Assembly (NCBI RefSeq): GCF_002797595.1
Contig: NZ_PGFE01000002.1
Coordinates: 604,337-628,336 of the forward strand
Direction of reading: 5' to 3'
Source of the DNA: Sediminihabitans luteus
GTDB taxonomy: Bacteria; Actinomycetota; Actinomycetes; Actinomycetales; Cellulomonadaceae
Length of the DNA stretch: 24,000 nt
The position numbers and the translations under genes are program-made. The notes beneath the pieces were generated by a model. It saw only the letters and a program-made list of their open reading frames with translations, did no database searches and was not told the DNA's origin. Below are positions 15,178 through 24,000 of the stretch, piece after piece. Each line of letters starts with the position of its first letter. The first letter of the stretch is position 1.

Positions 15178-16661
15178 CGGCTCGCCTCCAGGTCGAGCAC
15201 GCCGGCGCCGTCGAGCAGCCGGTCCGGGTCGGCGAGCACCTGCGCGGTCGTGCGCACGAGCTCGAGCACGCGCAGCACGTCCTCGAGGCGCGAGTCCGGG
15301 TTGAGCAAGGTCAGCTTGAGGCAGGGGCGGCCGTCGATGACGGTCTTGGTCACGATCGCCCGACCGGAGTCGAACAGCAGCCGACGCACGGCCGGCACGA
15401 TCGCGTCGGCGCGCGCCGGGTCGAGCCCGGCGGGCTCGTAGCGGAACAGCACGGTGCTGAGCTGGGTCGGGGCCACGACGTGCAGGTCGGGGTCGTCCGC
15501 GAGCGCGGCGTGCACCTGCGCGGCGAGGTCGCACACGGCGTCGACCATGCGCCCGACGCCGTCGGGGCCGAGCGCGCGGAGCGTGACCCAGAGCTTGAGC
15601 GCGTCGAACCGGCGCGTCGTCTGCAGCGACTTGTCGACCTGGTTGGGCTCGGCGTTCGCGAGCGGGTTGAGGTAGTCGGCGTGCCACGCGACCGGTGCGA
15701 GGTCCGCGGGCTCGCGCACGACGAGCGCGCTCGAGGACACGGGCTGGAAGAAGCTCTTGTGGAAGTCCACGGTGACGCTGCGCGAGCGCTCGACGCCCGC
15801 GAGCAGGTGACGCCGCGTGGGCGAGACCAGGAGCCCGCAGCCGTAGGCCGCGTCGACGTGCAGCCACGCCCCGGTCGGGTCGCAGGCGTCCGCGATCGCG
15901 TCGAGCGGGTCGATGCAGCCGCGGTCGGTGGTCCCGGCGGTCGCGACGACGGCCATGACGTGCTGGCCCGCGGCCGCGACGTCGTGCAGGACGACGCTCA
16001 GCGAGGCCGGGTCCATGCGCCCGGACGCGTCGGCGGGCACCTCGACGACGGCGTCGTGCGCGAGCCCGAGCAGCAGCGCGGACTTGCCGACGCTGAAGTG
16101 GCTGGACGCGGTCGCCAGGACGCGCAGTCGTGCGGTCGCGGCGGTGCGCGCCTCGCCCTCGGCGGCGCCGAGGGCGCGCAGCGCGGACTCGCGGGCGAGG
16201 AACAGCGCCTGCAGGTTCGACTGCGTGCCGCCCGAGGTGAACACGCCGTCGCCCTGCGCGTACCCGATCCGGCGTGCGGTCCACTCGACGAGGCGGCGCT
16301 CCATGAGCGTGCCCACGGTCGACTGGTCGTACGTGTCGACCGAGGTGTTGACCGCGGCGAGCACGGCCTCGGCGGCCACGGCGGGCAGCGCGACCGGGCA
16401 GTTGAGGTGCGCGGTGTACGCCGGGTCGTGGAACCAGACCGCGTGGCGCAGGTAGAGGTCGCCGATCTCGTCGAGGGCGGCCTGCGTGCCCTCCCCCGCG
16501 GTGTCGAGGTCGACGGCGTCGACGAGCTGCTCGAGCTGCTCACGGCTCGCGCCGGAGAACGGCTGCGTCGTGGTCGCGAAGCGCTCGGCGAGCGTGTCGA
16601 CGACGCCGTGCAGCGTGGTGGCGTAGCGTTCCGCGGTCGCGGCGGACAGCAGGGCGGACAT
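15174..16661 (-). CDS. PLP-dependent amino-acid decarboxylase (group II; DesA/DfoJ, or L-2,4-diaminobutyrate/lysine decarboxylase-like)
   Basis: FTSGGTQSNLQALFLAR and the PLP-lysine box SVTVDFHKSFFQPVSSSALV are present. GGGAG lies 7 nt upstream of ATG 16661. It is the first gene after the iron box. Confidence 0.9.
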   Translation of the reverse strand: MSALLSAATAERYATTLHGVVDTLAERFATTTQPFSGASREQLEQLVDAVDLDTAGEGTQAALDEIGDLYLRHAVWFHDPAYTAHLNCPVALPAVAAEAVLAAVNTSVDTYDQSTVGTLMERRLVEWTARRIGYAQGDGVFTSGGTQSNLQALFLARESALRALGAAEGEARTAATARLRVLATASSHFSVGKSALLLGLAHDAVVEVPADASGRMDPASLSVVLHDVAAAGQHVMAVVATAGTTDRGCIDPLDAIADACDPTGAWLHVDAAYGCGLLVSPTRRHLLAGVERSRSVTVDFHKSFFQPVSSSALVVREPADLAPVAWHADYLNPLANAEPNQVDKSLQTTRRFDALKLWVTLRALGPDGVGRMVDAVCDLAAQVHAALADDPDLHVVAPTQLSTVLFRYEPAGLDPARADAIVPAVRRLLFDSGRAIVTKTVIDGRPCLKLTLLNPDSRLEDVLRVLELVRTTAQVLADPDRLLDGAGVLDLEASR

Positions 16662-16681
16662 GGGCGGGCTCCCGACTCGTC

Positions 16682-16700
16682 TGAGGTTTGGCTGGCCTAA
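16682..16700. promoter_or_regulatory. IdeR/DtxR/DmdR-type iron box upstream of the siderophore operon
   Basis: TGAGGTTTGGCTGGCCTAA matches the palindromic consensus TWAGGTWAGSCTWACCTWA at 15/19 positions. It lies 21-39 nt upstream of ATG 16661. It overlaps a minus-strand TANNNT candidate, TAAGTT, at 16699-16704. Confidence 0.6.
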
Positions 16701-16852
16701 CTTAGCCCATCCTCACTCGGGCGAAACACCCCATCTCCCACTCCGGGCACCGGGCATTCGCGACGAACCCTCCGCGCCCACGGGCGGCGCGCGCGTTTAC
16801 CGCGGAACGGTGCGCCTCGCCGCACCCCGCCGGGACGCGGCTGTCGCGGACG

Positions 16853-17899
16853 TCACACGTACCGCGCGACGTCCGCCCGCTCCGCCGGGCTCACGTTGCC
16901 GCCCGTGAGCGCCACACCCACCCGGGCGCCCGCGAACCGACCGGGGTCGGCCAGCACGGCCGCGAGCGCCGCGGCACCGGCCCCCTCGACCACGGTGCCG
17001 GTGCGCACGAGCAGCGCGGCCTGCGCGCGCCGCAGGTCGGCGTCGTCGACGAGCACGAAGTCCGCGAGGTGCTCGGCGAGCACGCGCTGCGTGAGCGCGA
17101 ACCCGGCCCCGGTCGCCAGGCCCTCGGCGAACGACGTGTTCGATCGCTCGACGAGGCGGCCGGTGCGCCACGAGTCGTGCGCGGCGGGCGACGACGCGGA
17201 CTGCACGCCCACGACCGCGCAGCCCGGGGCGAGGTGGGCCGCGGCGAGGCAGGCGCCCGCGGCGCCGCTGCCGCCGCCCACCGGGACGAGCAGGACGTCG
17301 AGGGGCGCTTCGTCGAATGGCACTGTGCCGGTGTGCGGGAGGTCCTCGAGCATCTCGACGTAGGCCGTGGCCGCACCCGCCACGATCTCGGGCTCGCCCG
17401 CGGCCGTGACGTACCGGGCGCCGTCCTGTGCCGCGAGGACCTGCGCGTGCTCGGCGGCCTCGGTCAGGGTCGGGCCGTGCAGCACGAGGCGCGCGCCGAG
17501 GGCCTCGACGGCCGCGGCCTTGGTGGGGTTGGGATGCTCGGGCATGACGATCGTGCACGCCGTGCCGGTCTCGCGCGCCGCGTACGCGAGCGCCTGCGCG
17601 TGGTTGCCGGTCGAGTACCCGACGATCCCGCGGGCGCGCTGCGCGGGCGCCATGGCGAGCAGCAGGGTGAGCGCGCCGCGGAGCTTGAAGGCTCCGGTGA
17701 CCTGCCGCTCCTCGTGCTTGACGACGACGCGGGTGCCCGTCAGGTCGTCGAGCGCGGCCCAGGTGCGCGTCGGGGTCCGCACGACGCTGCCGTGGGCGGC
17801 CAGGAGGTCGCGGGCGTGCCGGACGTCGTCGAACGTCGGCACGCGCGGGGACGGGCGGGTCGACGCGGTCGGACGGGCGGCGAGCGGGCTCAGGGTCAT
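16853..17899 (-). CDS. PLP-dependent threonine/serine dehydratase family enzyme (Trp-synthase beta-like fold)
   Basis: The start is placed at ATG 17899 (MTLSPLAARP), with GGAGG 2 nt upstream. The PLP-lysine motif is QVTGAFKLRGA. STGNHAQALAYAA and the glycine loop VPVGGGSGAAG are present. Confidence 0.8.
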   Translation of the reverse strand: MTLSPLAARPTASTRPSPRVPTFDDVRHARDLLAAHGSVVRTPTRTWAALDDLTGTRVVVKHEERQVTGAFKLRGALTLLLAMAPAQRARGIVGYSTGNHAQALAYAARETGTACTIVMPEHPNPTKAAAVEALGARLVLHGPTLTEAAEHAQVLAAQDGARYVTAAGEPEIVAGAATAYVEMLEDLPHTGTVPFDEAPLDVLLVPVGGGSGAAGACLAAAHLAPGCAVVGVQSASSPAAHDSWRTGRLVERSNTSFAEGLATGAGFALTQRVLAEHLADFVLVDDADLRRAQAALLVRTGTVVEGAGAAALAAVLADPGRFAGARVGVALTGGNVSPAERADVARYV

Positions 17900-17922
17900 G
17901 CCTCCACGGTCGCAACTGGGCG

Positions 17923-17975
17923 ACCCATCGGTCCAATACCTGTTCTCGCTGGAACCATCGATCGATCCGATGGGT
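17923..17975. promoter_or_regulatory. Candidate LysR operator in the divergent intergenic region
   Basis: The 9-bp inverted repeat ACCCATCGG (17923-17931) / CCGATGGGT (17967-17975) is present. A nested CCATCG-N7-CGATGG lies at 17955-17973. TCGATCGATCCGA at 17958-17970 fits T-N11-A. The spacer is relatively AT-rich. Confidence 0.4.
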
Positions 17976-17993
17976 GCGGCGTAGCCTGGGCTG

Positions 17994-18998
17994 ATGGACC
18001 TGCACCGTCTGCGCATGCTCGTCGCGGTCGCGCACGAGGGCACGATCACCGCCGCCGCGGAGTCGCTGCACACGTCCCAGCCGTCCGTCTCGCACCACCT
18101 GGCACGCCTCGAGGCCGAGGTCGGGGTCCCGCTGCTGCAGCGCGACGGTCGGGGCGTGCGGCTGACCGCCGCGGGCGCCCTGCTCGTGCGCCGCGCCGAG
18201 GAGCTGCTCGGGCGCGTCGAGGCGACGCGTGACGAGCTGCGGACCCTCGCCCACCTGGGTGCGGGGCGCGTGCGGCTCGCCGCGTTCCCGTCGGCGCTGG
18301 CGACGCTCGTGCCGGCCGCCGTCGCGGCCCTCGTGCGCGCGCACCCCGGCGTCGACGTCGAGCTCGTCGAGGCCGAGCCGCCCGAGGCGCTCTCGCTCGT
18401 GCGGCGCGGGACGGTCGACGTCGCGCTCGTGTTCGAGCACGATCACGCCGCGAACGACCGCCACGGGCTCGCCGCGCACCCCGTCATGACCGATCCCGTG
18501 CACCTGATCACGCCGCTCGGGGGCGTGACAGCTGACGGCGCGACAGGTGACGGCGAGTCGGGCGGCCGCGCGGAGCACGACGGGTCGGCGCCCGAGGAGC
18601 CGGAGGAGGACGGGTCGGACGGCGGGTCGGACCTGGCCCGGTGGCGCGACGTCCCGTGGATCGCGGGCTGCGAGCGGTGCCGCGCCGACCTGCTCGGGCG
18701 GTGCGAGCGCGCGGGCTTCACGCCGCGCATCGCGTTCGAGACCGACGACTACGTCGCGGTGCAGGCCCTGGTCGCCGCCGGCATGGGCGTGAGCCTGCTG
18801 CCCGGCCTCGCGCTCGCCGCGCACCGTGACCCGCGCGTGCGCGGCGAGGCCGTGACCGACGCGCACCGCACCGTGCTCGCAGTGACGTACGCCGACCGGC
18901 CGCCGCCCGCCGCGGGGGCGCTGGTCGACGCGCTCGTGACCGCCGGGCGCGCGACCGCCCACCCGTCCCCGCCACAGGCTGACCCGGTCACGCGCTGA
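17994..18998 (+). CDS. LysR family transcriptional regulator
   Basis: The N-terminal wHTH is LRMLVAVAHEGTITAAAESLHTSQPSVSHHLARLEAEVGVPLLQRDGRGVRLTAAG. It is divergent from the dehydratase gene, the classic LysR layout. Confidence 0.9.
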   Translation: MDLHRLRMLVAVAHEGTITAAAESLHTSQPSVSHHLARLEAEVGVPLLQRDGRGVRLTAAGALLVRRAEELLGRVEATRDELRTLAHLGAGRVRLAAFPSALATLVPAAVAALVRAHPGVDVELVEAEPPEALSLVRRGTVDVALVFEHDHAANDRHGLAAHPVMTDPVHLITPLGGVTADGATGDGESGGRAEHDGSAPEEPEEDGSDGGSDLARWRDVPWIAGCERCRADLLGRCERAGFTPRIAFETDDYVAVQALVAAGMGVSLLPGLALAAHRDPRVRGEAVTDAHRTVLAVTYADRPPPAAGALVDALVTAGRATAHPSPPQADPVTR

Positions 18999-19077
18999 CC
19001 CCGTCGCCCACTGACCCGTCGACCACTGGCCCGTCGACCACTGACACCGTCCCGCGCAGACCCCGTCGCACGCGGAC
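18979..19077. repeat. Degenerate 15-16-bp tandem units (CTGACCCGTCGACCA-like) spanning the LysR stop
   Basis: The units are ctgacccggtcacgcg, ctgaccccgtcgccca, ctgacccgtcgacca, ctggcccgtcgacca, ctgacaccgtcccgcgca and gaccccgtcgcacgcg. They grade into the perfect array that follows. Confidence 0.6.
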
Positions 19078-19152
19078 CCCGTGTCACCGGCGCCCGTGTC
19101 ACCGGCGCCCGTGTCACCGGCGCCCGTGTCACCGGCGCCCGTGTCACCGGCG
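19078..19152. repeat. Perfect 15-bp tandem repeat x5 (CCCGTGTCACCGGCG)
   Basis: Five identical head-to-tail copies end 17 nt before ATG 19170. The array is intergenic. Confidence 0.95.
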
Positions 19153-19169
19153 TCGGGCACGATGCCCCC

Positions 19170-20918
<1,749 letters not shown>

Positions 20919-20988
20919 TTACGAGCCTCGGAAATACTACCCCACATTCAGGGGCTGGTCCGACATCCCCGCGACGGACGACGCGACA

Positions 20989-22509
20989 TCAGCGCTTGCG
21001 CTTCTCGCGCACGCGCACCGAGATCTCGATGGGCGTGCCCTCGAAGCCGAACTCCTCGCGCAGGCGCCGCTCGATGAACCGGCGGTAGCCGGCCTCGATG
21101 AACCCGGTCGCGAACAGCACGAACCGCGGGGGGCGCGTCGAGGCCTGCGTCGCGAACAGGATGCGCGACTGCTTGCCGCCGCGCAGCGGGTGCGGGTGCG
21201 CGGCCACGAGCTCGCCGAGGAACGCGTTGAGGCGACCCGTGGGGATGCGGCGGTCCCACGAGGCGAGCGCGCGCTCGAGCACGGGCACGAGCCGCTCGGT
21301 GTGCCAGCCGGTGCGCGCCGAGACGTTGACCCGCTCGGCCCACTGGAGCTGCACGAGTTCCTTGTCGATCTCGCGCTCGAGGTAGCGGCGACGGTCGTCG
21401 TCCATGAGGTCCCACTTGTTGTACGCGATCACGAGCGCGCGGCCTGCGTCGACGACCTGGGACAGCACGCGCGTGTCCTGCTCGGTCAGCGGCACGCTCG
21501 CGTCGAGCAGCACGACCGCGACCTCGGCCTTCTCGATCGCGGCCTGCGTGCGCAGCGACGCGTAGAAGTCCGCGCCGCGCGTCTGGTGCACGCGGCGGCG
21601 GATCCCGGCGGTGTCGACGAACCACCACGGCACGCCCTTGAGCAGCACGAGCTCGTCGACCGGGTCGCGCGTGGTGCCCGCGATCTCGTCGACGACGACG
21701 CGCTGCGAGCCCGCGATCTTGTTCAGCAGCGACGACTTGCCGACGTTGGGGCGGCCCACGAGCGCGACGCGGCGCGGCCCCTCGGGCCGCAGCTCGCCGT
21801 GCGCGGACTCGGTCGGCAGCACGTTCATCGCGGCCTCGAGCAGGTCGCCCGTGCCGCGGCCGTGCAGCGCCGAGACCGGGTACGGCTCGCCGAGGCCCAG
21901 GCTCCACAGGTTCATCGCGTCGGCCTCGCCCGAGGCGCCGTCGACCTTGTTGGCGCACAGCACGACGGGCTTGCCCGAGCGGCGCAGCAGGCGCACGACG
22001 CGCTCGTCGGTGTCGGTCGGGCCGACCACGGCGTCCACGACGAACACGACGGCGTCGGCGAGCGAGATCGCGATCTCGGCCTGCTCGGCCACGCGCGCGT
22101 CGATCCCGGCGACGTCGACCTCCCAGCCGCCCGTGTCGACGAGAGTGAACCGGCGTCCGGCCCACTCGGCCGGGTAGCTCACGCGGTCGCGCGTGACGCC
22201 CGGCTTGTCCTCGGTGACGGCCTCGCGGCGCCCGAGGATGCGGTTGACGAGCGTCGACTTGCCGACGTTGGGGCGGCCGACGACGGCGAGCACGGGCAGC
22301 GGGGCCTCGGGGGCCTCGACCTCCTCGTCCTCGTCGTCGCGGTCGAGCAGCGAGAAGTCCTCGTCGCCGAGCTCGTAGTCGTCGAGGCCCGCGCGCAGGG
22401 CTCGTTCGCGCGCGGCGTCGTCCGCGTCGGGGGCGATGGTCTCGACGCCGGCAGGTGCGTCGTCCTCGGGCACGATGGCGGGAACGTCGGCGTCGTCGGG
22501 GTGGGTCAT
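20989..22509 (-). CDS. der: Ribosome-biogenesis GTPase Der (EngA)
   Basis: There are two tandem G domains: [22 protein letters not shown] and [25 protein letters not shown]-like C-terminus follows. The start is chosen at ATG 22509 (MTHPDD), with GGGAGA 9 nt upstream. ATG 22518 is an alternative. The tracked extension to 22683 overlaps plsC and is rejected. Confidence 0.9.
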   Translation of the reverse strand: MTHPDDADVPAIVPEDDAPAGVETIAPDADDAARERALRAGLDDYELGDEDFSLLDRDDEDEEVEAPEAPLPVLAVVGRPNVGKSTLVNRILGRREAVTEDKPGVTRDRVSYPAEWAGRRFTLVDTGGWEVDVAGIDARVAEQAEIAISLADAVVFVVDAVVGPTDTDERVVRLLRRSGKPVVLCANKVDGASGEADAMNLWSLGLGEPYPVSALHGRGTGDLLEAAMNVLPTESAHGELRPEGPRRVALVGRPNVGKSSLLNKIAGSQRVVVDEIAGTTRDPVDELVLLKGVPWWFVDTAGIRRRVHQTRGADFYASLRTQAAIEKAEVAVVLLDASVPLTEQDTRVLSQVVDAGRALVIAYNKWDLMDDDRRRYLEREIDKELVQLQWAERVNVSARTGWHTERLVPVLERALASWDRRIPTGRLNAFLGELVAAHPHPLRGGKQSRILFATQASTRPPRFVLFATGFIEAGYRRFIERRLREEFGFEGTPIEISVRVREKRKR

Positions 22510-22588
22510 GCCCACCATTCTCCCAGGCTCGGGCGACTTCACCGAACCGACGCACGCGAGACGTGCGACACCCGTGGCACGGGCACCG

Positions 22589-23299
22589 TCACAGGTGCCG
22601 CGAGCCGCCCTCGGGCCCGTCCGTGGGCAGGGCCACGCCCGTGCGCGCGACGGCCCGCGCGACGAGGTCCGCGAGCGCCGCACGCACCTGCTCGTTGGCG
22701 TCGGCGAGCGCCTGGCGGCCGCTCGTGCCCGGCGCGCGGCGCACCGTGACGGGTGCGCCCATCTCGACCTCGATGCGCCGGCGCAGACCCGGCAGGTGGT
22801 TCGTGGACTCCCCCGTGCGCCGCGTGCCGAGCATCGCGACGGGCACGACGGGCGCTCCGCTGTGCAGCGCGAGCCATGCGACGCCCGCCCGGCCCGACGA
22901 CGCGTCGCCGCGACCGCGGTTGCCCTCGGGGAATACGCCGACGGCGTCCCCGCGCTCGAGCACGGCGCGCGCGGTCACGAGAGCGGCGCGGCCGCCGTCA
23001 CGGTCGACGGGGATCTGCCCGGCGGCGCGCAGCACCGCCCCGACGGGCCCGTGGAACATCTCCTGCTTGACCAGCACGTGCAGCCCTCGCGGCGCGACGC
23101 CGAGCAACAGGGGGCCGTCGACGACGCCCGTGTGGTTCGCGGCGAGGATCACCGGGCCCGTGGCGGGCACGTGCTCGGCGCCGGTCACGCGGGTCGACCA
23201 CACGACCGTCGCGGCGAAGCGTCCGACGTGGCGCGACCACGCCGGGCCGCGCGGCGACGGGACGGCGGGTCCGTCGGCGTGGGTGCCGCCCGTGCTCAT
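22589..23299 (-). CDS. plsC: 1-acyl-sn-glycerol-3-phosphate (lysophospholipid) acyltransferase family protein
   Basis: The HX4D motif is [10 protein letters not shown] and the FPEGNRGRG motif is present. GAGG lies 9 nt upstream of ATG 23299. It sits between cmk and der. Confidence 0.85.
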   Translation of the reverse strand: MSTGGTHADGPAVPSPRGPAWSRHVGRFAATVVWSTRVTGAEHVPATGPVILAANHTGVVDGPLLLGVAPRGLHVLVKQEMFHGPVGAVLRAAGQIPVDRDGGRAALVTARAVLERGDAVGVFPEGNRGRGDASSGRAGVAWLALHSGAPVVPVAMLGTRRTGESTNHLPGLRRRIEVEMGAPVTVRRAPGTSGRQALADANEQVRAALADLVARAVARTGVALPTDGPEGGSRHL

Positions 23300-23309
23300 C
23301 GCGGGGGCC

Positions 23310-24000
23310 TCAGCGGTTCGCGTGCTCGCGGACCACCCCGAGCACGGCCTCGACGGTCTGGGCGAAGTCGAGTGCCGAGGAGTCGACGGTCACGACCCCG
23401 TCGGCCGCGACGTGGAACTGCGAGACCGCGGAGTCGTCCTGGTCACGGCGCAGCACCTGGTCGCGGGTCGCCTCGACCGCGGCGTCGCCGGCCTCGCCGT
23501 GCACCTCGAGCGCGCGGCGCGCCAGACGCGCCTCCTCGCTCGCGGTCAGAAGCACCCGCGCGTCGGCGTCGGGCGCGACGACGGTCGTGATGTCACGACC
23601 CTCGGCGACCATGCCGCGACCCTGCGAGAACCCGCCCGTGCGCTCGGCGTCGATCGCCTCGCGCTGCAGGCGGCGCAGCTCGGCCCGCACGTCGAGGTTG
23701 GTCGCGACCGCGCTCACGGCTGCCGTGATCGCGGTCGAACGGATCGCCTCACCGACGTCGGTGCCGCCGACGTGCACGCCCGGCGCGGCCGGGTCGACGC
23801 CCATGACCAGCGGCATCACGCGGACTGCCGCGGCGACGGCGTCCGCGTCCGTCAGCTCGACGCCCTGCTCGACGCACCACCACGTCGCCGCCCGGTACAT
23901 GGCCCCCGTGTCGAGGTACGCCAGGCCGAGCTCGCGCGCGACGGCCTTCGACACGCTCGACTTGCCCGAGCCGGACGGGCCGTCGATCGCGACGACGAGC
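23310..24000 (-). CDS. cmk: Cytidylate kinase, 5' end beyond the window
   Basis: The frame stays open upstream of the M at 23954 (LVVAIDGPSGSGKSSVSKAVARELGLAYLDTGAMYRA). It contains the P-loop GPSGSGKS and the cmk-typical LDTGAMYR. Confidence 0.9.
   Translation of the reverse strand, partial: LVVAIDGPSGSGKSSVSKAVARELGLAYLDTGAMYRAATWWCVEQGVELTDADAVAAAVRVMPLVMGVDPAAPGVHVGGTDVGEAIRSTAITAAVSAVATNLDVRAELRRLQREAIDAERTGGFSQGRGMVAEGRDITTVVAPDADARVLLTASEEARLARRALEVHGEAGDAAVEATRDQVLRRDQDDSAVSQFHVAADGVVTVDSSALDFAQTVEAVLGVVREHANR

Noticed and set aside
18979-19152. Possible CRISPR array, here and at 20699-20778.
   Set aside because: The units are 15-16 bp and directly abutting, with no spacers. There are no cas genes in the window and the repeats are far shorter than CRISPR repeats.
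19078-19152. PhoP PHO-box-like direct repeats, because the unit contains TGTCACC, which resembles GTTCACC.
   Set aside because: PHO boxes are phased at 11 nt. These units are phased at 15 nt and are identical copies, which looks like slippage rather than a selected set of operator sites. This is kept only as a remote possibility.

Overview
This is a very GC-rich, actinobacterial-type chromosomal segment in which third codon positions are almost always G/C. All calls rest on motif recognition by eye and no searches were run.

I can support 20 protein genes, one tRNA-Pro(GGG), several hairpin terminators, one iron-box operator, a LysR-type operator candidate, a duplicated AT-rich 17-mer and five short-period tandem-repeat arrays.

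Gene order, left to right:
- MoxR ATPase / DUF58 / membrane protein operon (+)
- Dps (+)
- a GTGA-coupled pair of a degenerate tyrosine-recombinase-like protein and a DUF4037-type nucleotidyltransferase (-)
- YigZ/IMPACT (+)
- UDP-glucose pyrophosphorylase (-)
- YciO (-)
- a five-gene minus-strand hydroxamate siderophore operon, 16661 down to 8410
- a threonine-dehydratase-family gene divergent from a LysR regulator
- an orphan acidic protein preceded by a perfect 15-bp x5 array
- an aldo/keto reductase
- tRNA-Pro
- the conserved cmk-plsC-der block, with cmk cut by the window end

The siderophore operon is the centrepiece. It encodes a PLP decarboxylase, an N-hydroxylase, a fused acyltransferase/IucA-IucC synthetase, a signal-peptide-less penicillin-acylase-family Ntn hydrolase and a second IucB/DesC-type acyltransferase. 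Every junction is an ATGA stop/start overlap, and an IdeR/DtxR-like iron box lies in front of the first gene. The acylase plus second acyltransferase are additions to the canonical desferrioxamine-type pathway. They are the best candidate in this window for undescribed chemistry.

Most of the very long ORFs in the supplied track are R/P/A-rich off-frame or antisense artefacts of the GC content. I trimmed or rejected them.
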